Virus record (IMG/VR): IMGVR_UViG_3300048861_000250
Coordinates: 1-43,408 of that record
Strand: one strand, 5' to 3'
Length of the DNA stretch: 43,408 bases
Origin: a virus
Lineage: Duplodnaviria; Caudoviricetes
A model generated the notes under the pieces. That model made no database searches and was not told where the DNA came from. It worked only from the letters and a program-made list of their open reading frames with translations. This document shows, in pieces, positions 17,752 to 27,135 of this stretch. The first letter of the stretch is position 1. Every line of letters starts with the position of its first letter. A program made the translations under genes and the position numbers.

Positions 17752-18422
17752 GCCCCCGCCCTCTTCGGATAGTTGCGAAGGATCGCCGCCGGCAGACCGT
17801 CCCAGGCCTGACGCGCATCCTTCTGTAGGTCGAGGCGCTTCCGGATGCTGACGCCGCGCAGCAGGACGAACATCACCACCCAGGTGATGCCCCGCCCGGT
17901 GGCGCGCCGACGTTCGGTCGCCTTGCGGAAACTGCCGGCGCGGCGGCCGGCGACCACGTTCTGCAGCACCAGCAGCGGCGGCCGACCCGGACGGATGACC
18001 GGCTCTAGATCCTGGCCGAACTCCTGCTCCACCTCGGCCGGCGTCATGCGCCTTCCGCCCCGCACCTTCGGCACCGCGTCGGTCGGCACCGCCAGGGCGC
18101 TGCCGCCGCGGGCCCGGATGGTGACCCCCTCGTCCAGGTTCTTCAGCAGGGCGCCGACGCTGCCGAGCGTGCCGCCCTTGCCGGCGCGGGCGAAGACCAG
18201 GCCGGCCGCGCCCATGCTCTTGCGGCCCTTGGGGTAGACCTCGCCCCGGATGGCATTGGCGACCCGCGGGCTGAGCCCTGCGCCCAGCGCCTGGCGACGC
18301 CAACTGTCCTTCAGCCAGTTGGTCTGTTCGGTGACGGCGGCCGTCATGGCGATGGCCGCGTCCTCGATCTCTTCCCGCATGAAGGTTTCGAGATTGCCCT
18401 GCAGCGCCGCCTCGAGGCGCAC
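17748..18422 (-). CDS. Neck / tail completion protein (DUF6441-like)
   Basis: LKDSWRRQALGAGLSPRVANAIRGEVYPKG..LAVPT..VVMFVL..KRLD; basic protein in the head-tail region. Confidence 0.7.
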   Translation of the reverse strand: MRLEAALQGNLETFMREEIEDAAIAMTAAVTEQTNWLKDSWRRQALGAGLSPRVANAIRGEVYPKGRKSMGAAGLVFARAGKGGTLGSVGALLKNLDEGVTIRARGGSALAVPTDAVPKVRGGRRMTPAEVEQEFGQDLEPVIRPGRPPLLVLQNVVAGRRAGSFRKATERRRATGRGITWVVMFVLLRGVSIRKRLDLQKDARQAWDGLPAAILRNYPKRAGA

Positions 18423-18425
18423 CGG

Positions 18426-18644
18426 TTAGGCGCCCTTGGTCTTGCGGCCGGGCGGCGGCGTCTCGCCGTCCGGCGGCGGCGCCTCGCCGTCCGGCGGTGC
18501 CGCAGCCTCGTCCCGCGCCAGCACGCCCTGCGCGTGCAGCGCGGCCCCGACATCATCCGGGACGTCATAGGTGCCGGGCAGGTAGTGGATGGCAGGTTGC
18601 CCCGCGCGCTCGACGGTGCCGAGCGCCACGACTTCGATCTTCAT
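18426..18644 (-). CDS. Small hypothetical virion-region protein
   Basis: 72 aa, SD AAGGGA, YLPGTYDVPDD, Pro-rich tail. Confidence 0.6.
   Translation of the reverse strand: MKIEVVALGTVERAGQPAIHYLPGTYDVPDDVGAALHAQGVLARDEAAAPPDGEAPPPDGETPPPGRKTKGA
18451..18492. repeat. 2 x 21-bp tandem repeat encoding DGE(A/T)PPP
   Basis: ggcggcggcgtctcgccgtcc / ggcggcggcgcctcgccgtcc, one mismatch. Confidence 0.8.
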
Positions 18645-18659
18645 GGCCGTATCCCTTGG

Positions 18660-18986
18660 TCAGGACCCTTGCGGACGGGTGTCGATGGTCCAGAGGTCGC
18701 GACCGCGGTCCAGCAGCGGTTCGCCCTGAATGACGAAGACCTCGACCCCGATGGTGATCAGGCCCTTCTGGCGCGGCGCCGGCAGCGACATCCGCGGCAC
18801 CAGGAACATCGCGGTGTCGGCGGCGACCTGCGTCCGGTTGAAGCTGACGACGTCCGTCGGCCGGCTGTCGATCACCAGGATCGGCACCGGCGCGCCGCCC
18901 TCCGGCGCCGTGTACCAGGCATCGGGCTTGCCGAACTCAGCCGGGTTGAACATGCCGGCGAGGTCGGCGGCGGTCTCAACCGGCAT
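18660..18986 (-). CDS. Head-tail joining protein (gpFII-like)
   Basis: MFNPAEFG..AWYT..FVIQGEPLLDRGRDLWTI; position after the capsid genes. Confidence 0.7.
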   Translation of the reverse strand: MPVETAADLAGMFNPAEFGKPDAWYTAPEGGAPVPILVIDSRPTDVVSFNRTQVAADTAMFLVPRMSLPAPRQKGLITIGVEVFVIQGEPLLDRGRDLWTIDTRPQGS

Positions 18987-19236
18987 CGCCCTTGCCTTCG
19001 GCCGGCTTGGTGTCGACCGGCTCCAGCACCTGCCACAGCGCCTTGGGCGCTTCGTCGTCGAGGCCGAAGACCTCGCCGATCTTGAAGCCGACGGCGGACC
19101 GGGCGAGGTGGCGACCCTTGCCGACAGGCTCCAGCAGGTCGGCGCGACGCTCGGCCTGCGCCTTGCTCAGACCGAGGATCAGGGTTCCGGCCGGGATGGT
19201 GACGCCCATCGCGGCGATGACACGGTATTTCGGCAT
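18976..19236 (-). CDS. Hypothetical protein downstream of capsid (86 aa)
   Basis: SD GGAGG; LGLSKAQAERRADLL..GFKIGEVFG; protein-like. Confidence 0.65.
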   Translation of the reverse strand: MPKYRVIAAMGVTIPAGTLILGLSKAQAERRADLLEPVGKGRHLARSAVGFKIGEVFGLDDEAPKALWQVLEPVDTKPAEGKGDAG

Positions 19237-19252
19237 GGGGACCTCCGGAAAC

Positions 19253-19282
19253 GCCGGCGGCGGCCCGGAGGCCGCCGCTGGC
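19253..19282 (-). terminator. GC hairpin after major capsid gene (terminator/stabiliser)
   Basis: gccggcggcggcc-cgga-ggccgccgctggc; only a short T run follows. Confidence 0.4.
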
Positions 19283-19312
19283 GATCAACGATGATGACGA
19301 CGGGCGGCCGGA

Positions 19313-20272
19313 TCAGGCGACGATCTGGACCTGCACCGCCTGCTGCCAGTAGCCGTAGCCGACGTTGCGGCTGGCATAGACGCCGTACTGGTGCTTGCGT
19401 TCCTTGAACTCCAGCTCGGACCCTTCGGCGATCGCGCTCATCTCGACCGGAACCTCTTCCTGCCGGATGAAGGGCTTCACGTTGCCGTCGTTCCGGAAGA
19501 TCGCCAGCTTGTCGGTCCACGGCAGGCGCGGGTTCGCGATCGGGTTGATTCCGAAAGACTTCTGCGCCACCAGCGTGTTGGTCCGGCCGGCGCCGAGGGT
19601 GACCGACGTCGTCGCCGCCAGCGCGGCCGAGGTGTAGGAGATCGGGAACATCGCCGTGAACTGGGCGGCGTTCTCGTTCATCGGCTCGCCCTGGTCGTCC
19701 TTGAAGCCGAGCATCGTCTCGACGCCCTTCAGCATGGCCAACTCCATGATCCCCGGCCCGGGCTTGGTCGTGGTGCCGCGCTCGGCGGAGGGGATCGCGG
19801 CGCCGTCGGTCGCCAGGCTGAACTGGATCTTGTTCGACTGGGTCGGGCTGTCCGCCTCCTGATGGTCGGTATCGAAGTAGAACTGGCCGTCGTAGCAGAC
19901 GGTCGATTCCGCCGCGATGATCAGGCCGGACATCAGCTTCGCATAGTGGCTGTTGGTCCGGTCGGCCAGGTCGTTGATGCGGACCAGCACCTGGCCGGTC
20001 TTGTCGCGCCGCATCTCGTCGACCAGCACCTCGAGGGTGGCTTCGAAGGGCAGGTTCGGGATGATGACGCCCATCTCGCGCAGGCCCTTGGCCAGCCGGC
20101 CGCCGACCCACTGGCGCATGGCCGGCGACATGCCCAGCCACTTGTATTCCTCGGACGGCTGGTCGCTCTTGAAATACATCGACAGCGCCTCGACCCAGCC
20201 GGCGGCGCCCTGTTCCAGGCGCGCATAGTACGAGCCGATGATCGCGCGGCTCGAAAGACCACGTGCGGACAT
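19313..20272 (-). CDS. Major capsid protein, Mu gpT-like
   Basis: EEYKWLGMSPAMRQWVG, FEATLEV, CYDGQFYFDTDH, KPFIRQ, RNVGYGYWQQAV. Confidence 0.88.
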   Translation of the reverse strand: MSARGLSSRAIIGSYYARLEQGAAGWVEALSMYFKSDQPSEEYKWLGMSPAMRQWVGGRLAKGLREMGVIIPNLPFEATLEVLVDEMRRDKTGQVLVRINDLADRTNSHYAKLMSGLIIAAESTVCYDGQFYFDTDHQEADSPTQSNKIQFSLATDGAAIPSAERGTTTKPGPGIMELAMLKGVETMLGFKDDQGEPMNENAAQFTAMFPISYTSAALAATTSVTLGAGRTNTLVAQKSFGINPIANPRLPWTDKLAIFRNDGNVKPFIRQEEVPVEMSAIAEGSELEFKERKHQYGVYASRNVGYGYWQQAVQVQIVA

Positions 20273-20324
20273 GGCCTACCTCCTTCTCATGATTGTGACG
20301 TGGATTCGTGCCGCGCCGGCCCGG

Positions 20325-20750
20325 TCAGGTCTGCAGGGCGGCGCGGACGAGCGCCGCGTCGAACTCGACGATGGCGATGCCGGTCGACACCCAACGCGAG
20401 ACGTAGCCGATCAGCGAGTTGCTGGTGGCGGTCAGGGTGAAGGTGTCGTCGTCCGAGGCGTAGACCGCAGGCCGGTCGTTCGCCGTGATGGCGAGGGCGG
20501 CGATCGCGAGCTGGATACGGCCCTTGGCCTTGACCCGCACATTGACCGCACCGGCCAGTCCGATCGAATTGTCGGCCTGGACATCGGCGAAGCCGAGGAA
20601 CGGGTCGGCGGCGACGAGGGGGCGGGCGAATCCAGCGCCGTTCTCGCCGACGGCGGCGCCTTCATAGATGATGTCCGCCGCGACGACGGGATACTCTTCG
20701 ATCTCGCCGAGCTGATAGGCGCGCGGCGTATCCTTGGCGAGAGTCGCCAT
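20325..20750 (-). CDS. Head decoration / cement protein
   Basis: YPVVAADIIYEGAAVG, VYASDDDTFTLT; between protease and capsid. Confidence 0.75.
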   Translation of the reverse strand: MATLAKDTPRAYQLGEIEEYPVVAADIIYEGAAVGENGAGFARPLVAADPFLGFADVQADNSIGLAGAVNVRVKAKGRIQLAIAALAITANDRPAVYASDDDTFTLTATSNSLIGYVSRWVSTGIAIVEFDAALVRAALQT

Positions 20751-20804
20751 GGTTCCGGTCTCCTGTTGCTGTGGTGGTGGTGGCGCCGCGGCGCCGGTGG
20801 CCGA

Positions 20805-21413
20805 TCAGGTGCGGCTGAAGATCCGCGCCTGGCCGGAAGCCTCCGCCTTGCGGAAGGCGAGATAAGCGGCGAAGTCGCCGCCGAATTCGGCCTGCAGGTC
20901 GGCGCTGCCCTCCCAGGTCGCCTTGGCCCGCGCCTCGATCGGAGCGCTGGCGTTCTCGGTCGGTGCGACCGGGGCCGCGGCATTGACGGGCGGCGCGGCG
21001 ACGGGCGGCGCGGCATCCGCCTGGCGACCCTGCAGGGCTGCGGCACGGCGCTTCTTCCGCCCCTCGGCGAAGGTCAGCGCGGCCTTCTCGACCGACCAGC
21101 CGCCGGCCACCGCCGAGGTCAGCAGCGCGTCCTCGCCCGGCTCGGCCAGCGCCTGCAGGCTGGCGATGCGGTTGCGCTCGGTCAGGGCGCCGACGGTGCG
21201 CAGCGCGGCGGCCTCCGCCGGATGCTTGGCGACGAAGGCCTGCAGCGCCGCAGCTTCGGTCGAGGCCTCTTCATCGTCGGTCTCTTCATCCTCGGGATCG
21301 ACGGGGACCGTCTCGGCTGCCGGGTCGTCCTGGGATGCGGTCAGGCCGCCGGCGGCGATGGCCGCCGCCGCCAGGGCGATGGCGGTGCCGCCATAGAACT
21401 TGCCTCGGTTCAT
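20805..21413 (-). CDS. Nested in-frame scaffold protein (Nu3-like)
   Basis: Internal ATG (MNRGKF) preceded by SD AGGAG at 21421-21425; Ala-rich/acidic product. Confidence 0.65.
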   Translation of the reverse strand: MNRGKFYGGTAIALAAAAIAAGGLTASQDDPAAETVPVDPEDEETDDEEASTEAAALQAFVAKHPAEAAALRTVGALTERNRIASLQALAEPGEDALLTSAVAGGWSVEKAALTFAEGRKKRRAAALQGRQADAAPPVAAPPVNAAAPVAPTENASAPIEARAKATWEGSADLQAEFGGDFAAYLAFRKAEASGQARIFSRT

Positions 21414-22376
21414 GCTCTTTCTCCTGTTGTGGGGCCCGGCGGCCTGCCGGCCGGGAACGGCTGCGAAGGGTCGGGACGCTTGCTCGACCAGCGCGGCGAA
21501 GGCGGCCCGCGGCGACATCACCGCATCGGCCAGGCCGGCGGCGACGCCGGCGGCGCCCATGAAGGTGCGCGCCTCGGTCGCCAGCACTTCCTCGATCGAC
21601 ATCTTGCGCCCGGCGGCGCTGCGCCCCCGAGCGACGCGGTCGGCGAAGGTCTGCCGCACCTGGTCGATCTCGGCCTGGATCTCGCCGCGCACGTCGTCCG
21701 GCAGCGGCTCATAGGGGTTGCCGTCGACCTTGTGCGAGCCGGCATGGATCAGCGTCACCTTGACGCCGGCCTCGGCCAGCTGGCCGGAATAGTCGGCATG
21801 CAGGCAGACGACGCCGATCGACCCGACCCCGCCCGTCGCCGGCACGGTGATCCGATCGGCGGCCGAGGCGATGGCATACGCGGCCGAGTAAGCATCCTCG
21901 GACAGCACCGACCAGACCGGCTTGCGGCCCCGGTTGGCGTGGATCAGGTCGACCAGGTCGAAGCACCCGGCCACTTCGCCGCCGCCGGATTCGATGTCGA
22001 GCATGATCCCGCGGACCTCGGAATCGTCGTAGGCCTCGGTGAGCTTGACGGTCAGACCGTCATATCCGGTCATCCCGGAATAGGGGTCGATCGTGCCGGT
22101 CTTGTTGACCAGCGTTCCCTCGACCGGGATCACGGCGATCCCGTTCACGACGTCATAGACCTTGCGCTGGCCGGGGCCGCGCGACTGTGGACCCAGCGCC
22201 TCGCGGCCCAGCGCGTCACCGGCGTAGACCAGCGCCTCGCCTTCGCTGGCGTCGACCAGCATGCCGACGCCGAGGCGAGGGCCCAGCACGGCGAGGATGG
22301 CGCGGGCGCGGGCCGGGGTGACCAGCACCGGGCGATTGAAGATCCGGGACGCGATGTGCGGCAGCGACGGGCGCAT
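20805..22376 (-). CDS. S49 prohead protease (gpC-like) with C-terminal scaffold
   Basis: IAVIPVEGTL, LDIESGGG, AYSAAYAIAS, GSIGVV, HKVDGNPYEPL. Confidence 0.92.
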   Translation of the reverse strand: MRPSLPHIASRIFNRPVLVTPARARAILAVLGPRLGVGMLVDASEGEALVYAGDALGREALGPQSRGPGQRKVYDVVNGIAVIPVEGTLVNKTGTIDPYSGMTGYDGLTVKLTEAYDDSEVRGIMLDIESGGGEVAGCFDLVDLIHANRGRKPVWSVLSEDAYSAAYAIASAADRITVPATGGVGSIGVVCLHADYSGQLAEAGVKVTLIHAGSHKVDGNPYEPLPDDVRGEIQAEIDQVRQTFADRVARGRSAAGRKMSIEEVLATEARTFMGAAGVAAGLADAVMSPRAAFAALVEQASRPFAAVPGRQAAGPHNRRKSMNRGKFYGGTAIALAAAAIAAGGLTASQDDPAAETVPVDPEDEETDDEEASTEAAALQAFVAKHPAEAAALRTVGALTERNRIASLQALAEPGEDALLTSAVAGGWSVEKAALTFAEGRKKRRAAALQGRQADAAPPVAAPPVNAAAPVAPTENASAPIEARAKATWEGSADLQAEFGGDFAAYLAFRKAEASGQARIFSRT

Positions 22377-22378
22377 GG

Positions 22379-24010
22379 TCAGTCCTCTTCCGTCTGGTCG
22401 TCGGGTTGGTCTGGATTCTGCTGCTGCTGCGGCTCCGGCGGCGGTCGCAACGCTTCCGTCTGGATGCGCTCCGCCGTCGGCTCGGCGTCGAACCCGGCCG
22501 CCCTGCGCATCTTCGTTTCCTTCACGAGCTGGCGGTAATTCCGCTCCCAGTCGCCGCCGGTCAGCTCGGCGGTCTCCGCCGAATAGGTGCTGGCCCCCAG
22601 CGCGATCCGACGTTCCGACGCCTCGACTTCCTTGGTCGGGTCAAGCTGGCCGGCGCTGGGGCCGACCCAATCCGCGCCCAGCCATGCCTCGCGGGTCAGG
22701 GGATCGTCCCAGCCGGGCGCGGCGAGGTAGCCGCGCTCCACCGCCTCGGCGATCACCTCTTCATAGACCGGCTGGCACAGCGCCTCGGCGAACCACTGGC
22801 GACGCTTCTTCAGGAACTTCCACGTCTCCAGCAGCGCCGCGCGGCTGGCGGAGTACGACGACGTGAAGTGCCGCATGAGCACTTCGATCGACAGGCCGAG
22901 CGCGACCGCGATCTGTTGGACGATGGCGCTGAAGAATCCGTCGAAGCCCGCCATCGGCCGCCCCGGCGTGAAGCTCTCGACCGACTCGTTCGGCGCGAGG
23001 CCTTCGATCACCATGCCGGGTTCGAAGGCCAGATCCATCCGCGTCAAGCCGGTGGACGGCTGGGCGCCCTCGAGGGGCGTGCCGTTGCCGTCCTCAGTCT
23101 TCACCACCATGGCGAAGCACGAGTTGACCACCGTCGCCATCAGCTCGGCTTCGGTCAGGTTCGACAGTTGCTTCAGGTATTCGATCACCGGCGCCAGGAT
23201 CGGCACGCCCCGGCTCTGCCCGTCGCGAAGCTGTTCGAACAGGTGCAGCACCACCCGGCGGCCAGTCTGGCCGCCGTAGTATTGCACCCGCTGCCACTTG
23301 CGTTCCGGCGCGTTCAGCGTGCCGCCGAAATGCGGGTCGCGGTTGCAGACATGGGCCGCGATCGGCAGCCCGTCGCCGTCGCGCTCGATCCCGCCCGACA
23401 GGTCCCAGCGGTCGGCGTTCAGGTTCGGGTTGGTCACCCGAAGCGCCTCGACGACCTGCAGCTTCAAGCCGAACAGGTCGCCCGGCCGAACCTTGTCGGC
23501 CAGCAGCACGAAGACATCGCCGGCGTCGAGCACCGAATGCAGCAGCATGTACTGCATGGCCCCCATGGACAGTGTGCCGTTGAAGTGACAGCGCTTCGTG
23601 AAGTGCTTCCAGTACCGCGCGGCATCGGCTTCCCAGGCGTCCGCTATCTCGTCCGACAGGCCGAGATAGGTGCGGTCGATCCGGGGCTGGCACTGCAGGC
23701 CGGCCCCGACGACGTTGGTCGGGATGGTCGCCAGCGCGCTTGTGGCGATCGGCATGTTGCGGCCGAGGTCCATCGACCGGGCGCGCAAGTCGTCCAGCTC
23801 CGGCAGGATCGCATCATCCGCCGTGCCGTCGGTCGGGCGGAACTCCCGGGTCGCCCGGCGATCGCGCTTGCCGCCCTGGTAGCCGCCGACCATCGCACCG
23901 TAGCGGGCAATGTCGGCGCGCGCCTGCAGCCGCCGCACCGCCGCCTCCGGCGCGACATAGCCGATGGCACGGTCCAGCAGATTCGGACGGGGAATGACGG
24001 CGCGGGCCAT
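22379..24010 (-). CDS. Portal protein, lambda family
   Basis: LRARSMDLGRN, NVVGAGL, GQSRGVP, SSYSASRAALLE, LDPTKEV. Confidence 0.93.
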   Translation of the reverse strand: MARAVIPRPNLLDRAIGYVAPEAAVRRLQARADIARYGAMVGGYQGGKRDRRATREFRPTDGTADDAILPELDDLRARSMDLGRNMPIATSALATIPTNVVGAGLQCQPRIDRTYLGLSDEIADAWEADAARYWKHFTKRCHFNGTLSMGAMQYMLLHSVLDAGDVFVLLADKVRPGDLFGLKLQVVEALRVTNPNLNADRWDLSGGIERDGDGLPIAAHVCNRDPHFGGTLNAPERKWQRVQYYGGQTGRRVVLHLFEQLRDGQSRGVPILAPVIEYLKQLSNLTEAELMATVVNSCFAMVVKTEDGNGTPLEGAQPSTGLTRMDLAFEPGMVIEGLAPNESVESFTPGRPMAGFDGFFSAIVQQIAVALGLSIEVLMRHFTSSYSASRAALLETWKFLKKRRQWFAEALCQPVYEEVIAEAVERGYLAAPGWDDPLTREAWLGADWVGPSAGQLDPTKEVEASERRIALGASTYSAETAELTGGDWERNYRQLVKETKMRRAAGFDAEPTAERIQTEALRPPPEPQQQQNPDQPDDQTEED

Positions 24011-24012
24011 GG

Positions 24013-24222
24013 TCAGCTCGCCCGCGGCACGGCGAGGCGGATGCTCAGGCCGCCGCGCGATTCCCGGTTCACGCGCAGCAGCAGGGCTTCCTCGCGCTTC
24101 TGCAGGTCGGCCAGGTTGGCCCGGGTCAGGGTGCGGCCGTCGATCGTGTAGGACTGGTTGCGCAGGACGGCGCTGATCGCCTCCTGCACCTCGTCCAGCA
24201 TCTCGACATTGGTCTTCGGCAT
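24013..24222 (-). CDS. Head completion protein (gpW-like)
   Basis: AISAVLRNQSYTIDGRTLTRANLADL; SD GAGGGA; between TerL and portal. Confidence 0.8.
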   Translation of the reverse strand: MPKTNVEMLDEVQEAISAVLRNQSYTIDGRTLTRANLADLQKREEALLLRVNRESRGGLSIRLAVPRAS

Positions 24223-24232
24223 TGCCGATCCC

Positions 24233-26320
24233 TCAGTTGACCGAGCGGCCCGTGCCGCCCAAACGACGACCGCCCCCGGCTGGGGGCGGCGATGGCTGCG
24301 CCTGCGGCGCTGGTGCTGGCGCCTGGCCGGGCTTCGGCGCCCATAGGGCGGCGAGGTCCGGCTGCGGCCCGTCCGGCGGCTGGCCGCGCTCGGCGACCAG
24401 CCTTGCCTTCCCGGCCGGCGACATGCGGTCGAGGCCGAGGTGCGCGGCCATGGCACGGGCGCCGACCGCGATGTCCAAGGCCTCGTTCGGCCGGTTGCGC
24501 TTCTTCCGCCACTCGCGGACGACGTAGCCCTGCCGCTGCTCGACCTCGGCCAGGTGCTCGGCCGTGATCTGTTGGAAGAACTCGCGGTCGACCTCGGCCG
24601 GGAAGTGCAGCGTCCCGGGCTTGAACAGGCCCGATTCGTCCGGCCCGGCGACCGTCTTGCGCAGCGCGCCATAGACCCAGCTCTTCAGCGAGAAGGTCCC
24701 GGTCGGCCACAGCATCACACCGCCCTTGATCACCTTGCCGCGCCAGTTGATGTCCCGGCGCACCGGCGTACCGATCATCGGCTGCAGGTGACCCGGCCGA
24801 CCGTCCAGCGCGAACACCCGGGGGCGGCCACGGCAGAACAGATAGACCCGGTGCGACAGGTAGCCGGAGTCGACGCCGAAGGCCTCGATCGGCCACAGCC
24901 GCCCCTGCCAATCCTCGTACTGGCGTTCAGTCACCGCGCCGAGCTGCGACCAGACGGCGTCCTCTTCCGGGTCGCCCTCGATCACGCCGCGGTCGATCAG
25001 CCACCCCTGCAGGTCGACGCCCCAGCCATAGACAGACCACTCCAGCCGGTTGCCCTGGACGTCGGCCATGCCGGTCAGCACCAGCGCGCCCGGCGGCAGC
25101 CGGGTCAGCGGATAGGCCTGGCGCCGCAGCAGCAGGATCTCATCGTCCGGGCTGTCGCCCTTCTGTTCGTAGTCCTCGCCCAGCACCTGTTGGGTAAAGA
25201 CCTTCTCCTTCTCCTGATCGCCGCGGCTGGAGATGAACTCGGCGACCGTGTCGTCCCATGGCACGAACGGGGAATAGGCCTGCCAGATGGCGAAGCCCGG
25301 TTCCCGACCCTCCGCCGACCGCGCCCGCCAATGGGCGATGTCGGCCGGCGCGATGCAGTCCGGCGGCCGGATTCCATCCTCGCCGGGATAGGTCTTGATC
25401 CACCGGCCGGTGGCGACCATCGCCCGCTTGTGGTGCGGCTCGATCACGCATCCGTTGGCGGGGCAGACGAAGAAGGCGCCATGCGGCGCCCTGTCCCGGT
25501 TCCACTTCAGGTTCTCCCACTTCAGCACGTGGAAGGTGCCGCAGTGCGGGCATGGCACGTAGTAGCGCCGCTGGTCCGAGGCCTCATAGATGACCGAGAT
25601 CCGGCACATCCCTTTGAGGCCCGGCGTGGAGTTGAAGAACTCCTTCCGGGTCTTGGTCCAAGCGGTCGTCCGCTTGTGCGCCAGGTCGACGGGATCACCG
25701 CGGCCGTCGACATCGAACGGCCACTCCGAGACTTCCTCGTAAATGATCCACCGGGCGGACAGCATCTGCAGACCCTTGGAGCTGTTCGCCCCAGTGATCT
25801 GGCAATAGCCGCCGCGGAACTTCTTCAGCGACGTGGTCGAGCCGTCCTCGTCCCGGCTCTTCTGTTCCCGGACCTTGTTGCGCAGTGCCGGCGTCGCGTC
25901 GATCGCCGGCTGCAGCTTGATCTTGACGTACTTCTTCGCCTCGTCCAGCGACGGCAGGACGATCATCCCCGGTGCGGGGTGGTGGTCGACAATGTAGCCG
26001 AAGAAGTTCAACCCGCCTTCGGTGCCGGCGACCTGCGCCGATTTCTTGAACACCACCGACCGGCACCTGTCCGACAGGGACAGGCAGTCCATCAACTCGA
26101 CCAGATACGGGGCCAGGTCGTTGGACCATTTGCCGGGGTGCGGCGAGCCGCCCTCGGCCGAAACTTCCCGCTTCTCCTCCGCCCACTGGCTGACCGTCTT
26201 CCGCTCCGGCGGCGTCGCCCCCGCGATGAAGCTGCGGAAGCCGGCCGTCCGGGCATCGGCCAAATCCTCGATATCAGGCCGCGGCGTCCGCGACGGGCTC
26301 GATCCGCTTTCCGACGTCAT
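24233..26320 (-). CDS. terL: Terminase large subunit, GpA family
   Basis: KSAQVAGTE (Walker A), KKFRGG, NSTP, SDQRRYYVPCPHCG, ADVQGNRLE, NEALD. Confidence 0.95.
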   Translation of the reverse strand: MTSESGSSPSRTPRPDIEDLADARTAGFRSFIAGATPPERKTVSQWAEEKREVSAEGGSPHPGKWSNDLAPYLVELMDCLSLSDRCRSVVFKKSAQVAGTEGGLNFFGYIVDHHPAPGMIVLPSLDEAKKYVKIKLQPAIDATPALRNKVREQKSRDEDGSTTSLKKFRGGYCQITGANSSKGLQMLSARWIIYEEVSEWPFDVDGRGDPVDLAHKRTTAWTKTRKEFFNSTPGLKGMCRISVIYEASDQRRYYVPCPHCGTFHVLKWENLKWNRDRAPHGAFFVCPANGCVIEPHHKRAMVATGRWIKTYPGEDGIRPPDCIAPADIAHWRARSAEGREPGFAIWQAYSPFVPWDDTVAEFISSRGDQEKEKVFTQQVLGEDYEQKGDSPDDEILLLRRQAYPLTRLPPGALVLTGMADVQGNRLEWSVYGWGVDLQGWLIDRGVIEGDPEEDAVWSQLGAVTERQYEDWQGRLWPIEAFGVDSGYLSHRVYLFCRGRPRVFALDGRPGHLQPMIGTPVRRDINWRGKVIKGGVMLWPTGTFSLKSWVYGALRKTVAGPDESGLFKPGTLHFPAEVDREFFQQITAEHLAEVEQRQGYVVREWRKKRNRPNEALDIAVGARAMAAHLGLDRMSPAGKARLVAERGQPPDGPQPDLAALWAPKPGQAPAPAPQAQPSPPPAGGGRRLGGTGRSVN

Positions 26321-26816
26321 CGGTGATCCGTTTCAGCAGGGCCCGATCGGCGTCCTCGATCGCCGTCTCGATCGCATCCATCCCCGACAGTCCCGCCAGG
26401 GTCTCCGCCAGCTCGACGCGCCGGCGGTCGAGGCCTTCGCGCAGCATGCGGCCCAGCTCGAAGAACGCATCCTCGACCGACGCCTTCGCCACGACGGTGC
26501 CGATGCGCTCCTCGTATTCGAGCTGGGCCAGCTTGGCCGCGTACTTCTCGCGGTCCGACCGGTGCGACTGGAAGCCGCCTGGCGCTGCCGCCGGCGGCCC
26601 CAGGTCGAGCACGGCCGCCGCCGGCGCGGCCTCGGCCTCGCCGAGCTGGCGGGCCGGGTCCGCTGATTCCTTCAGGATCGCCTTGGTTTCCAGGACGTCG
26701 ATCTGGCCGCCGTCGAGGACGAGGCGGCCCGTGCGCTTCAGCTTGTTCACGTACTGGCGTGACCATTCCATGTGCCGAGCGAATTCCGCTTGGCTCATCA
26801 ACACCTTGTCGCCCAT
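26274..26816 (-). CDS. terS: Terminase small subunit (Nu1-like)
   Basis: N-terminal wHTH MSQAEFARHMEWSRQYVNKLKRTGRL, then AKLAQLEYEERIG; overlaps the terL start. Confidence 0.85.
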   Translation of the reverse strand: MGDKVLMSQAEFARHMEWSRQYVNKLKRTGRLVLDGGQIDVLETKAILKESADPARQLGEAEAAPAAAVLDLGPPAAAPGGFQSHRSDREKYAAKLAQLEYEERIGTVVAKASVEDAFFELGRMLREGLDRRRVELAETLAGLSGMDAIETAIEDADRALLKRITDDVGKRIEPVADAAA

Positions 26817-26951
26817 GTCACCCGTGATCCGTCATCCGTTGACATGGCGACCGTCAACCGGCGTCACCCTGTCAACTTCGTTTGAAAATCAATGCACTAG
26901 CGATCTTCCGCGCTCTTGCCGCCCGTATGCTGCCCGGCCCTGGGAGGACCC
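26817..26951 (-). other. Lambda-like cos site (cosQ, cosN, cosB-like repeats)
   Basis: Minus strand GGGTCCT (26951-26945) ... ATAC GGGCGGCAAGAG CGCGGAAGATCGCTA parallels lambda GGGTCCT ... TTACG GGGCGGCGACCT CGCGGGTTTTCGCTA. GTCA(A/C/T)C repeats at 26817, 26831, 26838 (inverted), 26853, 26863, 26871. Confidence 0.75.
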
Positions 26952-27037
26952 GAAGGGGGGTGGGGGTCGGCCTGCGCGTCGAGGGGGTGTTGCCGGGCGG
27001 CAACAGATCGGGGTCGGAGGGGTGAAATCGGTCGAGA

Positions 27038-27089
27038 AATGCGCGGAAACCTCTCTTTTCCCTCGCGGTATGAGCGGTTTCCGCGCATT
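27038..27089. promoter_or_regulatory. Paired operator-like sites upstream of peptide-HTH moron
   Basis: Perfect 14-bp inverted repeat aatgcgcggaaacc (27038-27051) / ggtttccgcgcatt (27076-27089). Confidence 0.6.
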
Positions 27090-27135
27090 CTATCCGGGTC
27101 AGGCAATCCCGTCTGACACTACCCGGAGAGCGACA

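Noticed and set aside
25730-25750. TerL Walker B reading YEEVS as a sign of inactivation
   Set aside because: Conservative acidic variant; all other motifs are intact.
20238-26326. Long plus-strand ORFs (766, 581, 628 aa)
   Set aside because: Antisense shadows of the protease, portal and terminase genes.
26942-27022. G-run cluster as a G-quadruplex next to cos
   Set aside because: G runs are expected in high-GC DNA; no independent support.
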